Source: Neolecta irregularis DAH-3 (Eukaryota). From it: a stretch of 41,744 bases of DNA. The notes beneath the pieces were generated by a model. The model saw only the letters and a list, made by a program, of their open reading frames with translations. It had not been told where the DNA came from and did not search any database. The stretch is from NCBI GenBank assembly GCA_001929475.1, contig LXFE01000417.1, positions 1-41,744 of the forward strand, read 5' to 3'. A program made the translations under genes and the position numbers. Below, piece by piece: positions 38,215 to 41,744 of this stretch (positions are counted from its first letter, which is position 1; every line of letters begins with the position of its first letter).

Positions 38215-40133
38215 ATGGAGTTGTCACTCGGTCGCTTGACGCGATCTTCCTCCTTGATGTCTGTTACTTCCCTGGCCAGACAGTCATTTTCCACCCAGTT
38301 GTCCCGGTTGACTTCGCTATCTCTCCCATCAACTGAATATCTGCGTTCCAAGATATCTTCGCTGCAAACTCCGGAAGCGATCGTCTCACTTCGGGCATCC
38401 GGGCAGGATATTTTGAAATGGATAACCGTGGCTCAGGCTGTGCTCTCCGGATTGGACGCCGAAGACGATGTTGAATGGGCTGCAAGCGGAAAGGATTCAC
38501 TGGGAAAAGTAGAACTTGCAGTGACAAATTTTGGAGAGATAATCAAGACTTTTATTGAATTATCCGATGAGGTCAGCAGTCGTGATGATCCCAACCCTAC
38601 GAGCCTCGCTGAGCTGGTCCGAGGAATTGATTCAATTACCGATGCATGGGCAAAAGTCAAATCGACTTTGGATAATGTGAAAGAACAGGTTGAAATTTCC
38701 TTAGAATGGGTGGAAAGCATGCAGATCATTAATGATATCACAACCGAACTCGACGAGTGCCAAACCATCGCCTTTGAAATCGAGGAAGAACGACATAAAG
38801 CGCCAAAAGTGCTCGGCGAAGAAGGAGTTTGTCAAGAAAAGCCTTCTTTACCCAACTGGGGTCACCGAAGATCGAACACTTTCGACGAATCAAATATGTC
38901 TATGGTGAAATTAGATGGACGGATGCAACCACTACGCGCGAGTCTCGACTTTCTAAAACCTCGACTAGTCAGCTTTGCAAAAAGAGCTGATCTCGCGTTT
39001 CCTAGCGCAATATTAGAGTTGAACGAAAAGAGAAACCATCTGGAGAATCAGTGGAACAAATTGAAGAGCAATTATACGAGTTTGAAAAAGGAATTGGAAG
39101 ATGATCATTGGGTAGCTAGTTTTAAAAGTACTGCTGCACAAGTATATTCAAAGCTCTTTTACAAAGGTTGATTTTCCAGGCTAATCATATGATGGATTCG
39201 ATAGAACGATCATTACGAAGGGTGCAATCATATCTCTTGACTGGAGCCTCTAAAGATGCGGAGAAATGTGTCAAGACATACTATGCTAAACGTTCAGGAT
39301 ACGGTATAGACAAAACCCATGTATATTGTCTGACTGACAAAGGACCCCCAATTGAACGTGTCTTGACGATGTTTGAAAGCCATCTTCAGTCTCGTGGCAC
39401 ACTCAACGGCGTCATTCTTCGTACGAAATCCGTAATACAGAATCGTTGGGCGGAATTATCGAAAGAAATGGATCTTCTTGAACACCAGGTGGACTCTACC
39501 TTTTCGGACGGTATTAGTAGTATTAGTCTAAACGATATATCGGATTCAGGAAGCACCGCTCCAAGTGAACCATCTCGAGCGATTACCCCCAAAAGAATGT
39601 CGAATGCTTTACCGCCAAGCGTATTACCCCAAATGAAAAGTCCGACTCGAATTCCGTTGTCGACAAAACGGATAAGTTTGGCTCCTCAACATGCTCTTAA
39701 TACTCCAGCAAGGAACAATCGAGCTGTATCTCCAATTCCACCAAGAACCCTTCGTCGTCTGACTTCGTTTTCTTCGATGGGGAAGATTACGCCTCCTAAA
39801 CCATTGTGGAATTCATCCATCAAAGCAGACGATGTTTTTACAACTTTCTTGCCGAGCCCCGTTCACTCGCCTTCTTCGCAGACATTTCATGCTCGAATTT
39901 CATCAAATCCACCTTGCACAAACCATTTCAATGGTTCTGCAAAATCTTCAGATGGACTTAAGAGTATCGACGAAGTTATCAATCGCCGAGCAAGTTCAAT
40001 TCCCCGACCTCTTTCAGATATTCTTAGAGTGTCAAGACCACGGAGAGAGAGCGCAATGCATATACCAGCCTGCATTAAAAGCCCATTAAGCGAGAGCGGA
40101 GCGAATGGTAGGCCTAAACCAGCATGGAGATAA
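38215..40133 (+). CDS. KAR9: Karyogamy/microtubule-cortex protein Kar9-like; at least 2 introns, start possibly further upstream
   Basis: LSGLDAEDDVEWAASGK and MQPLRASLDFLKPRL match fungal KAR9-domain proteins. There is a Ser/Pro/Arg-rich tail with SxIP-like motifs (TRIP, SSIP) ending RPKPAWR*. Confidence 0.8.
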
Positions 40134-40407
40134 TCTCGGATCATTTTTCTTCGTTGTGCGGAATAATCATTATTACGGGTGGGATTCATTTATTTTTACA
40201 TTTTTTGGTGGTTGCTGTCTCATTATCACTGTTTATCTGTGGTCCATTGTTCATTACATTTATTAGTAGAATTTTTCTGTCTCCTCGAGGTTTAGTTTAA
40301 AAAACACCACTTAATAGTGGCTTATCATCTCATGCTACCCTGGTCTTCAACTGACATACACCTTGGTTTTACCCTATCTACTAAAATAAATGTCATCAAA
40401 GTTACTA

Positions 40408-40574
40408 CAGTCGAACCTGCTTATGACGCATGTGGCGTTCAGGGTATTCGCTGAAGGCGGATTCATTCTATCTTGATAGAAAAATCCCTAATACTGAATA
40501 ATTTTGAAAATCAGTCGAGTTCGTTATAAGGGGGAATTTGTTATGCAGAGGTTCCCTATAGCCAGGTTAGACTG
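40408..40574. mobile_element. 167-bp non-autonomous Tc1/mariner (pogo/Tigger-like) MITE with TA target-site duplication
   Basis: Left end TA|CAGTCGAACCTGCTTAT. The right end ATAGCCAGGTTAGACTG|TA reverse-complements to CAGTCTAACCTGGCTAT (14/17 identity). TA at 40406-40407 and 40575-40576; no coding capacity. Confidence 0.75.
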
Positions 40575-40612
40575 TAGTACAAATAACAACTTGGGTCTTG
40601 GGAGACTTCAGG

Positions 40613-41308
40613 TTAGTGGGGAGGAGATGGCAAGGGAAACCATTGGAAATGGACATATTTGAGAAGCCAGAGCAAGGCATGGTCGCTGCCCCAGTGGAGG
40701 GAACCATCTTCTGTAAAAGGATCAAAGAGTGCAGTTTTTGCGGGGTACTCGTTGTCGTTGAGGAAGAGGGCAAGATGGGAGATGCCTGAGGGATCTCGAA
40801 AGACAAGACTGCTGTGCCAGGATGCTGTGGAGGGTGCTGAGGGGCAGGGAGAAGGTGTAGGCACCGGAGAGGGGCAGGGCGCGGGCGAGTCGCGATTGTG
40901 GTCGAGACCTAGGTCATAGGCTGCATAGCGATATAAATTGTAGTCTGCGGTGCAGAGTAGGCGGGCATCAGTGATCCGAGAAAGTAGGCCATCGGCTGCG
41001 GGATGAGAGTGGGCCATAGTGAGAATGCCAGGGGTGTTGTCATAGGTGCGGGGCTTGGAGTGGACATATACCTGGAGTGGGTGTGACCAGAAAGGGCAGC
41101 ACCTTTGGCTTTACATAGAGCAGGCGGGCAGGTGTAGTGGGAGACCCCAGTCGGTGGGGTGCAGTCTCGGCAAGTGGCGAGGAGTATGAGTGGAGGTCTG
41201 GAGGGACTTGGAGGTAAGCAAGGGTGAGGAGGGTGTGGTGGAGCGGCGACCACTTCTCGGAGGTGGCACAGATCCAGCACGATGCAGCCGGCGATCTCGT
41301 CGAGGCAT
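40613..41308 (-). other. GC-rich unassigned coding-like segment (one frame interrupted by a single TAA at 41111-41113)
   Basis: ORFs 41111..41308 and 40613..41017 share a frame, and composition is visibly more GC-rich than the housekeeping genes. I recognise no family motif. Confidence 0.3.
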
Positions 41309-41679
41309 GAGAACGCCTGCAGCGGCACGTCGAGTAGATGTAGTTTGGCTAGTCTGGCGGTAGTCTATAGAGGAGTACAGGCTATAGTTTGATTAATATC
41401 TGAAGACATTGTTCACCACAGCACAAGCTGATCTTTGCGCAGAGGGATATCTGGGCGGGGACGGAGGAGTTGAGGAGGAGATGGTTGCCAAGGCGAAGGA
41501 GGCGTCGATTTCCTACTCTTGCAATGATGGCTATTGATATACTTTCTGCACCAGCAATGGAGGCTTTAGCTGAGAGGCTGATTTCATCAGCAATATTAGA
41601 TTTTACAAATTGGCGGAATCTGCTACTGGCAGGCACTGGGGAGATGTTGCAATGTATAAAATCATGGGATAACTGCTCT

Positions 41680-41744
41680 AAGCTCAACACCGACTTAAGC
41701 GACACCCCCCTTTACGCGACACCTCGCCCAAAAAAAACGTAAAT
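41680..41744 (+). mobile_element. Possible degraded end of a pogo-like DNA transposon at the window edge
   Basis: TCAACACCGACTTAAGCGACACCCCCCTTTACGCGACACC contains the direct repeat TTA(A/C)GCGACACC, reminiscent of pogo/Tigger sub-terminal repeats. The partner end is not in the window. Confidence 0.3.

Noticed and set aside
1-41744. Numerous antisense and alternative-frame ORFs, and searches for tRNA, rRNA, CRISPR or prokaryotic systems
   Set aside because: The ORFs are shadows of the spliced genes. I recognised no structured RNA gene or repeat-spacer array, and the DNA is clearly eukaryotic.

Overview
Eukaryotic (fungal, ascomycete) genomic DNA, very gene-dense and intron-rich. The protein sequences, together with tiny introns and the retention of Arl8 and Kar9, suggest an early-diverging Taphrinomycotina fungus such as Neolecta (inference only). 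By hand I reconstructed 17 apparently functional spliced or intronless genes (the first cut by the window edge): TMEM135-like, Rnc1/KH, DOP1, MON1, mitochondrial ValRS, CENP-K-like, PPR-like, VPS71, DHR2/prh1, SGS1/rqh1, GUP1, APC2, PUP1, ARL8, GPI11, MIC26 and KAR9. There is also a truncated Argonaute (N/L1 only), a TA-flanked pogo-like MITE and an unassigned GC-rich segment at the right end. The most striking signal is the splicing system. About 100 introns by my manual count are nearly all 32-43 nt long, with very degenerate donors. About 8 need a non-GT donor (GC, one GA, and possibly AT), many end in AAG or GAG, and ARL8 has a single-nucleotide exon. All exon and intron calls come from reading frames and recalled family motifs, not from RNA data.
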